From contig CP181291.1 of assembly GCA_052279835.1 (NCBI GenBank), forward strand, positions 4,480,001 through 4,544,000: a DNA stretch of 64,000 bases, written 5' to 3'. The notes under the pieces are model-generated. The model did not search any database and was not told where the DNA came from. It saw only the letters and a list, made by a program, of their open reading frames with translations. Source of the DNA: Microcoleus sp. (GTDB lineage Bacteria > Cyanobacteriota > Cyanobacteriia > Cyanobacteriales > Microcoleaceae). Below are positions 19,142 to 30,300 of this stretch, piece by piece (position 1 is the first letter of the stretch; every line of letters begins with the position of its first letter). Position numbers and translations under genes: made by a program.

Positions 19142-20911
19142 ATGAGTTACAGAATGGATCGCCGCGCCTACGCGGAAACTTTCGGGCCGACAGTGGGCGA
19201 TCGCGTCAGGTTAGCGGATACTGAATTATTCATTGAAGTTGAACAAGATTTCACAACCTACGGCGATGAAGTCAAATTTGGTGGAGGCAAAGTCATCCGC
19301 GACGGTATGGGACAATCGCCTATTTCTAATGCTGATGGTGCTGTTGACACGGTAATTACTAATGCTTTAATATTAGATTGGTGGGGAATTGTTAAAGCAG
19401 ATGTTGGGATTAAAGAAGGCAAAATTTACAAGATTGGTAAAGCCGGAAATCCTTATATTCAAGACAGAATAGATATTATTATCGGCCCCGGTACTGAAGT
19501 AATTGCGGGGGAAGGCATGATTCTTACCGCTGGGGGAATCGACACTCACATTCACTTTATTTGTCCGCAACAAATTGAAGTGGCGATCGCCTCTGGCATC
19601 ACTACCATGATCGGCGGTGGCACAGGCCCTGCAACGGGTACAAACGCCACAACCTGCACTCCCGGCCCTTGGCATATGTCCCGAATGCTGCAAGCTGCGG
19701 ACGCTTTCCCCGTCAATCTAGGATTTTTAGGTAAAGGAAATACCAGTCAACCCCAAGCATTAATTGAACAAGTATTGGCCGGTGCCATGGGTTTAAAATT
19801 GCACGAAGATTGGGGAACTACACCAGCAACAATTGATACTTGTTTAAGTGTCGCTGACGAGTACGATGTGCAAGTTGCAATTCACACCGATACTCTCAAT
19901 GAAGCGGGATTTGTGGAAGCGACAATTGCGGCTTTCAAAAATCGGGCAATTCATACTTATCACACTGAAGGTGCCGGAGGCGGACACGCCCCGGATATTA
20001 TTAAAGTTTGCGGCCAAGCTAATGTTTTGCCCTCGTCAACTAACCCAACTCGCCCTTATACTGTCAACACTTTGGAAGAACATTTAGATATGTTGATGGT
20101 GTGTCACCATTTGGATAGAAGTATTCCTGAAGATGTGGCTTTTGCTGAATCGAGAATTAGAAGAGAAACGATTGCTGCTGAGGATATCTTGCATGATTTA
20201 GGCGCTTTTAGTATGATTTCTTCGGATTCCCAGGCGATGGGAAGGGTTGGGGAAGTGATTATTCGGACTTGGCAAAGTGCTCATAAAATGAAAGTGCAGC
20301 GTGGTAATTTACCCCCCCTAACCCCCCCTTATCAAGGGGGGGGATCTGAAATAACTCCCCCTTATCAATGGGGGGGAATGGAGGGAGAAAATGATAATTT
20401 TCGGGCTAAGCGGTATATTGCAAAATACACGATTAATCCGGCGATTACTCATGGAATTAGTCAGTATGTTGGTTCCATTGAAGAGGGGAAATTGGCGGAT
20501 TTGTGTTTGTGGCGGCCGGCATTTTTTGGGGTGAAACCGGAGATGGTGATTAAGGGTGGTGCGATCGCCTATTCGCAGATGGGAGATGCTAACGCCAGCA
20601 TTCCCACGCCGCAGCCGGTGCATATGCGGCCGATGTTTGGGAGTTTTGGTGGTGCGATCGGCGCAACTTGTCTGACGTTTGTTTCTCAGGCTGCGTGCGA
20701 TCGAGATATTGCCGCACAGCTAGGTTTACAAAAGCCAACAGTAGCAGTTTCCGGCACGCGACAAATTACTAAAAGAGACATGAAACTCAACGATTATTTG
20801 CCACAAATGGAAGTCGATCCAGAAACCTATGAAGTGAGGGCGGATGGAGAATTGCTGATTTGCGAACCTGCAAATATTTTACCAATGGCGCAGAGATATT
20901 TTCTGTTTTAA
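19142..20911 (+). CDS. ureC: Urease alpha subunit with an in-frame repeat insertion
   Basis: 'GGIDTHIHF', 'LKLHEDWG', 'MVCHHL', 'SSDSQAMGR' and terminal '[10 protein letters not shown]'. Confidence 0.98.
   Translation: MSYRMDRRAYAETFGPTVGDRVRLADTELFIEVEQDFTTYGDEVKFGGGKVIRDGMGQSPISNADGAVDTVITNALILDWWGIVKADVGIKEGKIYKIGKAGNPYIQDRIDIIIGPGTEVIAGEGMILTAGGIDTHIHFICPQQIEVAIASGITTMIGGGTGPATGTNATTCTPGPWHMSRMLQAADAFPVNLGFLGKGNTSQPQALIEQVLAGAMGLKLHEDWGTTPATIDTCLSVADEYDVQVAIHTDTLNEAGFVEATIAAFKNRAIHTYHTEGAGGGHAPDIIKVCGQANVLPSSTNPTRPYTVNTLEEHLDMLMVCHHLDRSIPEDVAFAESRIRRETIAAEDILHDLGAFSMISSDSQAMGRVGEVIIRTWQSAHKMKVQRGNLPPLTPPYQGGGSEITPPYQWGGMEGENDNFRAKRYIAKYTINPAITHGISQYVGSIEEGKLADLCLWRPAFFGVKPEMVIKGGAIAYSQMGDANASIPTPQPVHMRPMFGSFGGAIGATCLTFVSQAACDRDIAAQLGLQKPTVAVSGTRQITKRDMKLNDYLPQMEVDPETYEVRADGELLICEPANILPMAQRYFLF
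20311..20386. repeat. C-rich/G-rich palindromic repeat inserted in frame in ureC
   Basis: CCCCCCCTTATCAAGGGGGGG and CCCCCTTATCAATGGGGGG hairpins; same family intergenic at 21095-21181, 42781-42807 and 61872-61948. Confidence 0.8.
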
Positions 20912-20928
20912 GCCCATTATCCAATCAT

Positions 20929-21292
20929 GTAGGGGCGGGTTTTACCAACAATATTTGTCACAAACCGACAATCTCAAAAACCCGCCCCCACCTATTGTAA
21001 GGCCATTATAAAATCATGTAGGGGCGGGTTTTACCCCATAGGTGTCAACTTAACCTCAAACCCTGTCAGAGATAGCTGTTTGACTATTAAACTTAGATCC
21101 CCCCTAGCCCCCCTTAGGTCGGGGGGAACAAGAACTTGCTCAAAGTCCCCCTTCTTAAGGGGGATGCGAGGGGGATCTAGACTTGTCGTAAAACCCATAT
21201 TTCTCCAAGGTTTGGGCCTTAAGTTGACACCAATGGTTTTACCCACAATCTTTGTCACAAACCGACAATCTCAAAAAACCCACCCCCACCCA
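20929..21292. repeat. Two tandem REP elements (GTAGGGGCGGGTTTT...AAAACCCGCCCC); the second is interrupted by a MITE
   Basis: Copy 1 at 20929-20992 is intact. Copy 2 starts at 21018 and resumes after 21235 with the same spacer, CACAAACCGACAATCTC. Confidence 0.8.
21037..21235. mobile_element. 199-bp MITE with 17-bp TIRs and a 9-bp target duplication
   Basis: CATAGGTGTCAACTTAA / TTAAGTTGACACCAATG; GTTTTACCC at 21028-21036 and 21236-21244. Confidence 0.88.
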
Positions 21293-21297
21293 ACGGC

Positions 21298-22626
21298 TCA
21301 TTTTAAATTTAACCAATCTTGAATTTCTTGAGCTAACCAAGCCGCCTCAATCTCTTTCAAATAGTTCGCTAAAACATAATAATAAGTTCCTGTATGGTTG
21401 CCGCAACGAATCTTGATTTGATATCCTACAGAAGTATCGTATAGAAAAACACCCAGAATCTGCGACTTTTCCCCAGTTTGTCGCCAGAAATTCCAGCCAA
21501 ATATGTGATATTTTATTGCCAACTCGTCCTGGTTAAATTTAATGTAAGTTACCACCAAATAGCTAAGTAACAGACATATTATCATCGCAGAAATTACTAA
21601 AAGTCCGAATATTTCTGTGACTGAAAATGTTATAATTGTCACTCCCAAAATTCCGAGAAGACATATTCCTAGAAAAGTAGAGAAAAAAGGCTTTCTGACT
21701 AAGATAGATGGAACTTTAATGTTTAACTCCGTTGCTGATTTACTCACTTCAATGCGACAGCGAGGCGGTTTACCAATTTTCCTAACATCCACACTCCCAT
21801 CGTCAGCCCGTTGGATATTTCCCGATTTCAAAGCTGAAGCCGCGTCTCTAGCTTTACTGAAACGCTTTTCTAACCCGATTTCCGTCATCTTCTCAATCCA
21901 GCTTACCAAACTGGGATTCACACTCACGCGATCGCTAAACTGAATCCGAGAATCTTTCTGTGGTAAATCCGCTGGACTCATCCCCGTTAACAAATGAATT
22001 AAAGTACCTCCCAAAGCATACAAATCCGAAGCTGGAACCGCCCGCCCCCAAAACTGTTCTAACGGTGCATAGCCACTCGTTCCCACCACTGTAAACGTTA
22101 CGCCTGTCACCGCAGCTTGAGCTTGCACCGCCCCAAAATCTACTAGATAAATGTGGTTATCATCGCCCAAAATTAAATTACTCGGCTTAATATCTCGGTG
22201 CAACACAGGCGGACTCAATTCATGCAAATAAATTAAAATTTCCAGCACTTCAGCGGAAATTATTCGCACTTTTTTCTCAGAAAATCGCTGACCTTTTTCT
22301 AATAATTCCTGAAGGGAAAAACCAGGAATATAATCTTGCACTAACCCAAACCAAGGCAATCCCGATCCTGTTTCTCGCTCCAGGGAAAAATAATCTCGAT
22401 AGCAAGGAATGCGAGGATGATTTAGCGCCTGCAAGACTTGCGCTTCTCTTTCAAAGAGCTTGAGTTCTTCCCAGTGCATTTCCGGGCTAAAAGCTAACAT
22501 TTTCAGCGTCACTTCTTCTTGAGACTCTAAATCTACTGCTAGCCAAGTTTGATGACCGGCGGCCGTGCGTCCTAAACGCTGTTGCAATTGATAACGTTCT
22601 TGTAAAATTTTCCCTGTCTCTAACAC
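21298..22626 (-). CDS. Hanks-type Ser/Thr protein kinase with C-terminal TM segments
   Basis: HRDIKPSN, DFG and GYAPLEQ motifs; two hydrophobic segments. Confidence 0.93.
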   Translation of the reverse strand: MLETGKILQERYQLQQRLGRTAAGHQTWLAVDLESQEEVTLKMLAFSPEMHWEELKLFEREAQVLQALNHPRIPCYRDYFSLERETGSGLPWFGLVQDYIPGFSLQELLEKGQRFSEKKVRIISAEVLEILIYLHELSPPVLHRDIKPSNLILGDDNHIYLVDFGAVQAQAAVTGVTFTVVGTSGYAPLEQFWGRAVPASDLYALGGTLIHLLTGMSPADLPQKDSRIQFSDRVSVNPSLVSWIEKMTEIGLEKRFSKARDAASALKSGNIQRADDGSVDVRKIGKPPRCRIEVSKSATELNIKVPSILVRKPFFSTFLGICLLGILGVTIITFSVTEIFGLLVISAMIICLLLSYLVVTYIKFNQDELAIKYHIFGWNFWRQTGEKSQILGVFLYDTSVGYQIKIRCGNHTGTYYYVLANYLKEIEAAWLAQEIQDWLNLK

Positions 22627-22720
22627 AGCATTGCCCTCTTTTTTTTTATTCTCCCAAATTGCCTCAACTATATTTCTTAAATAAGTCTTGATAGAGCTGG
22701 CTTACTTTAACATCAAACTC

Positions 22721-22786
22721 TCCAATTCCCAATTCCCCATTCCCAATTCCCGATGCCAATTCCCAATTCCCCATTCCCAATTCCCC
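22721..22786. repeat. Heptamer short tandem repeat (TCCCAAT/TCCCCAT)n
   Basis: Direct reading of the sequence. Confidence 0.85.
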
Positions 22787-22791
22787 AAAAT

Positions 22792-23787
22792 TTACCCATT
22801 AATTTCTCCATTTGGCATGATTGTACCCCGAAACTTCGCCCCGGCTAAATTAACAGTGATCAAATCTACCCTCATCAAACTTGTGCGATGTAAAATTACA
22901 TCCCGTAAATCAGTTTTAGCCATGTAAGTATCAGTCAAATCGGCTTCAGTTAAATTAGCCTGATTGAAATTAGCACGACTCAAATCAGCCCTCACCAAAT
23001 TAGCCCGACTCAAATCCGCCATAATTAAACTAGCATTGTTCAATTTAACATCAGGAAGAAAAGCACCCTGTAAGTTAGCGCCTGCGAATTCAGCATCGAT
23101 TAATATAGCCCTTTCTAATTTGGCATTTCTCATTACAGCCCAGGAAAAATTTGCCTCAGTCAAATTTGTATCAGTCAAAAATACATTGTCCAAAATAGCT
23201 TCGCTCAAATTTGCTTGACTCAAATTTGCCTCTCGGAGAGAAGCTTCAGTCAAATTGGCTCGACTTAAATCTGCTTTAGTCAAATCAGCACCCTGTAAAT
23301 TGACTCCGCGCAAATCGGCACCTTGCAAATTTGCACCCCGCAAATTTGCTCCATCAAAAATTCGCTGCTCCTTCCGCAAATTGGCACCCCGCAAGCACGC
23401 ACCGCGCATATCTGCACCTTGCAAATTGACACCTCGCATATCCGCGTCAGTCAAATTTGCATCGATTAAGATAGCCAAACATATGTTGGCTCTGCGAAAG
23501 TCAGCATTTTGTAAAGTAGCTCCGTGAAAGTCGGCATCGGACAAATTTGCTGAACTTAAATTTGCCTGATTCAAGTTAGCACCGCCAAATTTTACCTTGG
23601 TTAAATTTGCACGTTGAAGGTTAATTCTACTCAGATATGCCATTGCTAAGTTTGCACCCGATAAGTCTGCACTGCTTAAATTTACGCCTATTAAATCGGC
23701 ACCACTTAGATAGACACCTCTCAGATTCATGCCTTCAAAATCAATTTCACCTGATGTATATCGTCTTAATAATTCGCTAGCATTCAT
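22792..23787 (-). CDS. Pentapeptide repeat protein
   Basis: MNASELLRRY...(ANL/ADL)n...GTIMPNG. Confidence 0.95.
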   Translation of the reverse strand: MNASELLRRYTSGEIDFEGMNLRGVYLSGADLIGVNLSSADLSGANLAMAYLSRINLQRANLTKVKFGGANLNQANLSSANLSDADFHGATLQNADFRRANICLAILIDANLTDADMRGVNLQGADMRGACLRGANLRKEQRIFDGANLRGANLQGADLRGVNLQGADLTKADLSRANLTEASLREANLSQANLSEAILDNVFLTDTNLTEANFSWAVMRNAKLERAILIDAEFAGANLQGAFLPDVKLNNASLIMADLSRANLVRADLSRANFNQANLTEADLTDTYMAKTDLRDVILHRTSLMRVDLITVNLAGAKFRGTIMPNGEING

Positions 23788-23902
23788 AGTTGGTGCTGGT
23801 TAATTGAGGGACTAAAATCTGGTAGTTTTGTATTTCGGAACTAGGATTTTTTACGGGCAATTTTAGTGAATGTATGCGGGGAATTCTTGGGAGATTTTAT
23901 GG

Positions 23903-25600
23903 CTAATTCATTTTAGTGACAAAATCTTGAGTCCAGACTATAGTTTTGTTACCTAGCTGTCGCCCGTGAATTTTTACTTTAGGGAGAAACTTAGATTTTA
24001 AAGTACAGAGTTTTTTGTAAATATAGGTGGCGGTATTTTGTTGATTTGGTGCGCTGGGGGCAGATTCCAAAATGATGTGGAGCCAACCGTCTTTAAATCC
24101 CGCTGTAGCGGTAATTCCTTGAGGCTGTAGCAGTTGATTGATTAAGGTGGCGATCGCCTTGGGATTTCCTTGTCTTGCCATTTCCAGTAGCTGCTGCTGG
24201 CTGGGTCTTTGGCTAGATTTATTTGATTCTGGTTGCGAAACATTACCATCAAAATTGTCTGCTATTTCAGCCGGAAATTGTCCCCTTTCTTTTGACTCTA
24301 AATCGCTCAAAATTTTCATTAACTTGTAGGTAAATTCCTGGACTTCTCCTACATAATCTCTGAGAATTTTATATTTCCAGTACAATCGCTCTTCTACACT
24401 TTCTGTTGAAAACTGTCGATTCAGAGCCGATTCTAAATCACTGAATATATTTTCTATTTTGGCAGTGGCGGAGTTAGCACTTTGAATTACTAAGGATTTA
24501 ATTTCTTCTTCTAAGCCCAATTTCTGCTTGATAGATTCGCTAATATTTATACTATTCTCAGGGGAAATATAACTTCCCGCAGTAGCCTGATTTTCTTCAG
24601 CCGATGAAGTCTTTTTCAATTCCTGTTGAAAATTAATCGGCGAATTATTAGTGTTGATTTCGGTTTGCTGAACAGGTGAATTTTCTCCCGTTCCGGTCAC
24701 GAAGTAACTATCCGGGGAGTTAGAAGCATACTGAATGGGAGAAGATTCAATCATGTGAGTAATATCGCCAGCTTCAAAATAATCTTTTGTGCCGTTACTC
24801 TGCTTGTTGTCTTCATAAATATTATTTATTAAGTGCGTCTGATCGTAATCTTCTCCCGCCACCTCTTCACTAGAAATATTTGGTGATTCAGGTTCTATTT
24901 TGGCGTAACAAGGATTCATCGCTTGGATAATGACGCTAGCTGTTTGGTCATTTTCATCTGTGTTTTCCAGAGTGCTCGCCGTTCTGTACAATTGAGATTC
25001 GAGTTCTCCTAGGGTGGGACAGACGTTAAACAGTTGTCGCAGCAGGGTATCTAGTTCTTGGCTTTTCAGCAGCAACCAGTCGCGATCGCTAAAAGTAAAT
25101 TCGTGATAAAGAGTCGAAAAAATTAGTATTTTCGCCCTCAGCGGATTTGTTTGCTGCAATATTTTTTGTCTGACATCAAATAAAAATCCGGGGTTTCTTT
25201 CTGTTTCGTTGCTACCTGGGATTTCCGAACTAAATTCCTCTTGAAATGGGGGCGGACTCTCACCGCCAAATCTAGATATGTTTGTTTCTAAATTGGTCAA
25301 GTCTTCAAATTCATACAGCCTACTCAGTTGACAGATGATTAGGTCTGCTACTAAAGCGTACTCTGCTTTTTTGTTGACTTTAGAAACTATAATATTTAAA
25401 ACTGTCTCAATATCTTCTAAATTGCTATATTTGGTACATAATTCTTGGAGCAGAATACCTAAATCTGTGTCACCTAATTTTCCGACATCGTTTTCCCAGA
25501 ATTCTTTACAAGCAAAAAATATTATTCTTTTAATCCGCGAGATATTGACATCTTGTTCCAACTCGCGAACAACCTCATCTAAGATAGATAAAGGTTTCAT
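23903..25600 (-). CDS. Hypothetical cyanobacterial protein
   Basis: 565-aa ORF with a C-terminal 'ARQGNPKAIATLIN..LQPQGI...IHGRQ...W' module that I recognise from other cyanobacterial proteins. Confidence 0.7.
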   Translation of the reverse strand: MKPLSILDEVVRELEQDVNISRIKRIIFFACKEFWENDVGKLGDTDLGILLQELCTKYSNLEDIETVLNIIVSKVNKKAEYALVADLIICQLSRLYEFEDLTNLETNISRFGGESPPPFQEEFSSEIPGSNETERNPGFLFDVRQKILQQTNPLRAKILIFSTLYHEFTFSDRDWLLLKSQELDTLLRQLFNVCPTLGELESQLYRTASTLENTDENDQTASVIIQAMNPCYAKIEPESPNISSEEVAGEDYDQTHLINNIYEDNKQSNGTKDYFEAGDITHMIESSPIQYASNSPDSYFVTGTGENSPVQQTEINTNNSPINFQQELKKTSSAEENQATAGSYISPENSINISESIKQKLGLEEEIKSLVIQSANSATAKIENIFSDLESALNRQFSTESVEERLYWKYKILRDYVGEVQEFTYKLMKILSDLESKERGQFPAEIADNFDGNVSQPESNKSSQRPSQQQLLEMARQGNPKAIATLINQLLQPQGITATAGFKDGWLHIILESAPSAPNQQNTATYIYKKLCTLKSKFLPKVKIHGRQLGNKTIVWTQDFVTKMN

Positions 25601-25671
25601 AGTTTTCTACCTCCAAAAAATACCCTGTCAACAATTACCAAGAAACAATAAAATTATACCACATTTAAAAG

Positions 25672-27171
25672 ATGCCAGACTTTGATGTAATTGTAATTGG
25701 GAGTGGCATTGGCGGCTTAGTCGCGGCATCAATGCTAGCTCGCTACGGTAAGCGGGTACTCGTCTGCGAAAGCCATACCATAGCCGGTGGTGCGGCTCAC
25801 AGTTTTTCGCGCCGGGGATTTCATTTTGATTCGGGACCTTCTTTTTATTGCGGTTTGACTGACCCCCAGTCCCTCAATCCTTTGCGACAAGTATTGGAGA
25901 TTTTGGAGGAATCCATCGCCACAATTCCCTACGACCCCTTGGGCCATTATCATTTTCCAGAGGGAAGTTTGCCGGTTTATGCTAATGGGAAAAAATACTT
26001 AGATGCTGTAGCTGAGTTTACACCAAAAGGTGCGAAGGAATTGCAGCAATTCCAACAAAATTTATTAGTTTTATATGAAGCTTTGCGGGGAATTCCGGCT
26101 GTGGCGCTTAGAGCAGATTGGCAGTTAATACCTCTTTTGCTGTTTCGGTACTGGCCATCTATGCTGAAACTGCTGCCGCTTGTAGGGGTGATAGGAGGTG
26201 CTGCGGGGGTGTTGATGGATAGGGATGTGAGGGACCCTTGGGTGCGGCGTTTGATCGATTTGGAGTGCTTTTTGCTGTCGGGCTTGAAGGCGGAGGGAAC
26301 TGTCGCCCCGGAAATCGCTTTTATGATTGGCGAACGATCGCGCTCAGTTATAGAATATCCCGTCGGTGGCAGTGGTGCGATCGTCGATGCTTTAGTCAGA
26401 GGCTTGCAGCGCTGGGGGGGAAAGTTGCGCCTGGGAACACCAGTCGAGCAAATTTTAGTTGCATCGGGGAGAGCAACAGGTGTTCGCTTGCAAAATGGCG
26501 AAATTATCCGCGCACCAATTACTATCTCCAATGCGACCATCTGGGATACTTATACCAAGTTGCTATCACCAGAAGATTTACCAAAAAATTATCGCCAAAT
26601 TGCCTTATCAACGCCAGCGGTAGAAAGTTTCATGCACCTACATTTAGGTATTAAAGCTGAAGGACTCCATGGTTTGACTGGGCACCACGTCGTTGTCCAT
26701 GACAGCAACATCGATATTACAGTACCCGGAAATACTTGCATGATTTCGATTCCTACGGTTTGGGATGCCAATCTCGCACCGCCGGGACATCACGCCATTC
26801 ATGCTTATACACTGGAACCCTACGAAGGTTGGGAATATGGCGAATTGTATCAACAGAAAAAGCAAGAGCGATCGCAATCTCTGTTCACAGCTTTAGAAAA
26901 AATTATCCCCGATTTGCGGAGGCGAATTGTCCTAGAGTCGATCGGCACACCCCTAACCCACGCCCGATTTTTGCACCGATATCAAGGTACTTATGGGCCG
27001 GGAATCCCCGCCGGAAAAGGCACATTTCCGGGTCCACAAACACCAGTCAAAGGTTTGTATCGAGTAGGAGACAGTACCATGCCCGGAATTGGCGTACCTG
27101 CGGTGGCAGCATCAGGAATTCTGTGCGCGAATACTCTGGTTAATTCCCAGATCACGGCACAATTTTTGTAA
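25672..27171 (+). CDS. Phytoene desaturase/carotenoid isomerase (CrtH-like) FAD oxidoreductase
   Basis: GSGIGG dinucleotide fold, 'FDSGPS', 'GTPLTHARF' and 'GDST.PGIGVPAVAASG'. Confidence 0.85.
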   Translation: MPDFDVIVIGSGIGGLVAASMLARYGKRVLVCESHTIAGGAAHSFSRRGFHFDSGPSFYCGLTDPQSLNPLRQVLEILEESIATIPYDPLGHYHFPEGSLPVYANGKKYLDAVAEFTPKGAKELQQFQQNLLVLYEALRGIPAVALRADWQLIPLLLFRYWPSMLKLLPLVGVIGGAAGVLMDRDVRDPWVRRLIDLECFLLSGLKAEGTVAPEIAFMIGERSRSVIEYPVGGSGAIVDALVRGLQRWGGKLRLGTPVEQILVASGRATGVRLQNGEIIRAPITISNATIWDTYTKLLSPEDLPKNYRQIALSTPAVESFMHLHLGIKAEGLHGLTGHHVVVHDSNIDITVPGNTCMISIPTVWDANLAPPGHHAIHAYTLEPYEGWEYGELYQQKKQERSQSLFTALEKIIPDLRRRIVLESIGTPLTHARFLHRYQGTYGPGIPAGKGTFPGPQTPVKGLYRVGDSTMPGIGVPAVAASGILCANTLVNSQITAQFL

Positions 27172-27390
27172 AATTTTGCCCGTCTTAACTCAAGTTTATC
27201 ATCAATAGTAATGGTTATTTGACTACAATCAACACAGTTCGGATTTCAAAAGTTTATTGATGCGCTTTGCGATCGACTAGGATTAGATCCTACTCAAGGG
27301 GTAGTGTTCAACTCGCAAAACAAGGGTAAAACAAAAGAAAATGCCATAGTAATACCTATAGGTAGTTGGTTTGAGCGTAAGGAGATTTCT

Positions 27391-30300
27391 ATGGTCGGTA
27401 ATGAGCCTGATGAACAAAATGTACCAGAATCGATCGCACGATCCTTCATGGATGCCGAACCGCAAAACACAGTCGATTCCGCCTTTCCCATCGTTGGGAT
27501 TGCGGCTTCCGCCGGAGGACTAGAAGCATTCACAGAATTACTCCATCACTTACCAACCGATACTGGTATGGCCTTTGTGCTAATTCAGCACTTAGACCCC
27601 AATCACGAAAGTCTGCTGACCGAAATTCTCGCCAGAACCACACAAATGCCAGTCAGTCAGGTGGTTGACGGGACAACTGTAGAGCCGAATCAAGTATACA
27701 TAATTCCGCCCAACACTAAGATGACACTGGCCAGCGGTGTCCTGAAACTCACAGCCCGCGAGAAAATTTATGGCAAATATATGCCGGGAGATGCGTTTCT
27801 GGTGTCCTTGGCGGCCGATCGCGGACCCAAGGCCCTGGCCGTAGTATTATCCGGGGGAGACGGAGATGGTTCCCTGGGGATCAAGGCTATTAAAGCAGCC
27901 GGAGGTGTGACATTTGCTCAATGCGAAGCCTCCGCAAAATTCGATAGTATGCCAAATACCGCAGTGGCTACAGGTAATGTAGACTTCGTTCTCCCCCCTC
28001 AAAAAATTGCCGAGGAACTGGCCAACTTCCGCGCTGATTCCTGGCTTTCTTGCCCGATATCCATCGTCGCAGTTACAGAATCACCCCCAGACAACTATGT
28101 CCGCACCACTATTTTAGGATTGTTGCGATCGACTACAGGGGTTGACTTCACCCACTACAAAACCGCTACGATCGATCGACGCATCCAACGACGAATGGTA
28201 TTGTACAAGCTCAATTCCTTGGCAGATTACGCCCAATATCTGCAAGACCATCCCCCTGAAGTCTATGCCCTATATCAAGAAATCCTGATCCACGTCACCA
28301 GTTTTTTTCGCGATCCAGAAGCCTTTGAACAGCTAAAAGAGCTGGTTTTTCCCACGATTACCGCCAATAAGTCTGCCAAGAATCCCATACGGATTTGGGT
28401 GGCGGGATGTTCCACAGGAGAAGAAGTTTACTCGATCGCCATTTGTTTGTTAGAGTTTTTGGGCGATCGACCTCGCCAGCCACCGATCCAGATTTTTGCC
28501 ACAGATATTAGCGAAGCCGCCATTAGCAAAGCCAGGTCTGGCTTCTATTTAGAAAACCAGATGCTCGACGTTTCACCAGAGCGCCGGAATCGCTTCTTTA
28601 TAGGGGAAGGAGGAGGCTATAAAATCAACAAAACAGTCCGCGAACTCTGTATATTTGCCAGACAAAATTTAGGCAGCGACCCGCCTTTTTCCAATCTCGA
28701 TCTAATTAGCTGTCGCAATGTGCTGATTTACCTAGCAGAGCCTTTGCAAAAAAGAGTGATTCCGATTTTTCATTACAGTCTTAACCCCACCGGTTTTCTC
28801 CTGTTAGGCTCTTCTGAAAGTATCGGAAAATTTTCATCTTTGTTTAATTCATTGCACACAAAGTGCAAAATTTATGCTAAAACATTGACGGAAAATAGTC
28901 AGATATTTTCGTTTACGACGAGTGCTTACCCCATAGCTAAAGTAAATAAATCTCAGCCCACTAATGAAAACTATCCAGATGGGTTTGACTTACAGCAATA
29001 CACAGACCAACTAATTTTGAATCGCTACGCCCCAACAGGTGTGGTTGTCAACGAGCAGATGAACATTCTGCAAGTGCGGGGAGATACCAATGCTTACTTG
29101 AGACTGACACCAGGGATTCCCAGCTTAAACTTGCTGACAATGGTAAGGGAAGACTTAGCCATCGAACTTCGTACTGCAATGTATCAGGCACTGATGCAGA
29201 ACGTAGTTGTGAGAAAAGAAGGGATAAATTTGGTTGTGGGCGAGCGATCGAGTTTCGTTAATCTTGAGGTGATTCCCTTCCACCCCGATCGGGCCCAATC
29301 ACGCTACTTTTTGGTTCTATTTGAAGAAGCTTTACTTACTGCGGTTGACCTCAGTACCGTCAATTCTGAGAGCTTGAATCCTGCTGATTTACAGCGCGAG
29401 ATTCTGGAACTGAGACAGGCACTGGCCACCGCGAATGAAGACAAAAATGTGGCTCAAGCGCATCTCCAATCGGTAATTCAGCAGCAGGAAAGTCTCAACC
29501 AAGACATCAAAGTTGCCAACGAAGAAATCTTATCCAGCAACGAGGAACTGCAAAGCACCAACGAGGAACTAGAAACTGCCAAAGAAGAGATTCAAGCCAC
29601 CAACGAGGAACTGATCACCACTAACGAGGAACTTCGCAGTCGAAATATTGAACAACATCATATCAGTAACGACTTGATAAATTTGCTGGGGAGTATCAAT
29701 ATTCCGATTTTAATGGTGGAAAACGATTTAAAAATTAGACGCTTTACGCCGATGGCACAGCAACTTTTTAATCTGATTCCTACAGATATTGGGCGACCTT
29801 TTAGCGATATTCGTTCCCATCTTGATGTTCCTGATTTGTCAGGGATGATTTTGGAGGTGATTGAGACTCTCCAGACGCAGGAACAAGAAGTTCAAACTCT
29901 AGCGGGATATTGGTACATCCTCCGCATTCGTCCTTATCGGACCACGGAAAACCGCATTGATGGTGTGGTAATGGTTTGGATCGATATTGATGCTATGAAA
30001 CGCAGTGCCAAAACCTTAGAGTTAGCCCGAAATTATGCTGAAACCATCGTCGAAACTGTTCCCACACCTTTAGTGGTGCTGGATGCTGATTTATGTGTGA
30101 ATACAGCCAATCGATGTTTCTATGAAACATTTCAGGTTTCATTCCCCGAAACATCAAAAATTTCGCTGTTTGAGTTGGGAAATGGACAATGGAATATCCC
30201 GCAACTGCGATCGATATTAGCAGATATTCTGGTGAGTGATGTTCAGCTTCACAACTTTGAGTTAGAGCACGTATTTGAGCAGATTGGGCAGAAAACTATG

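Noticed and set aside
21031..21322. ORFs of 75-80 aa downstream of ureC
   Set aside because: They lie entirely within MITE/REP sequence
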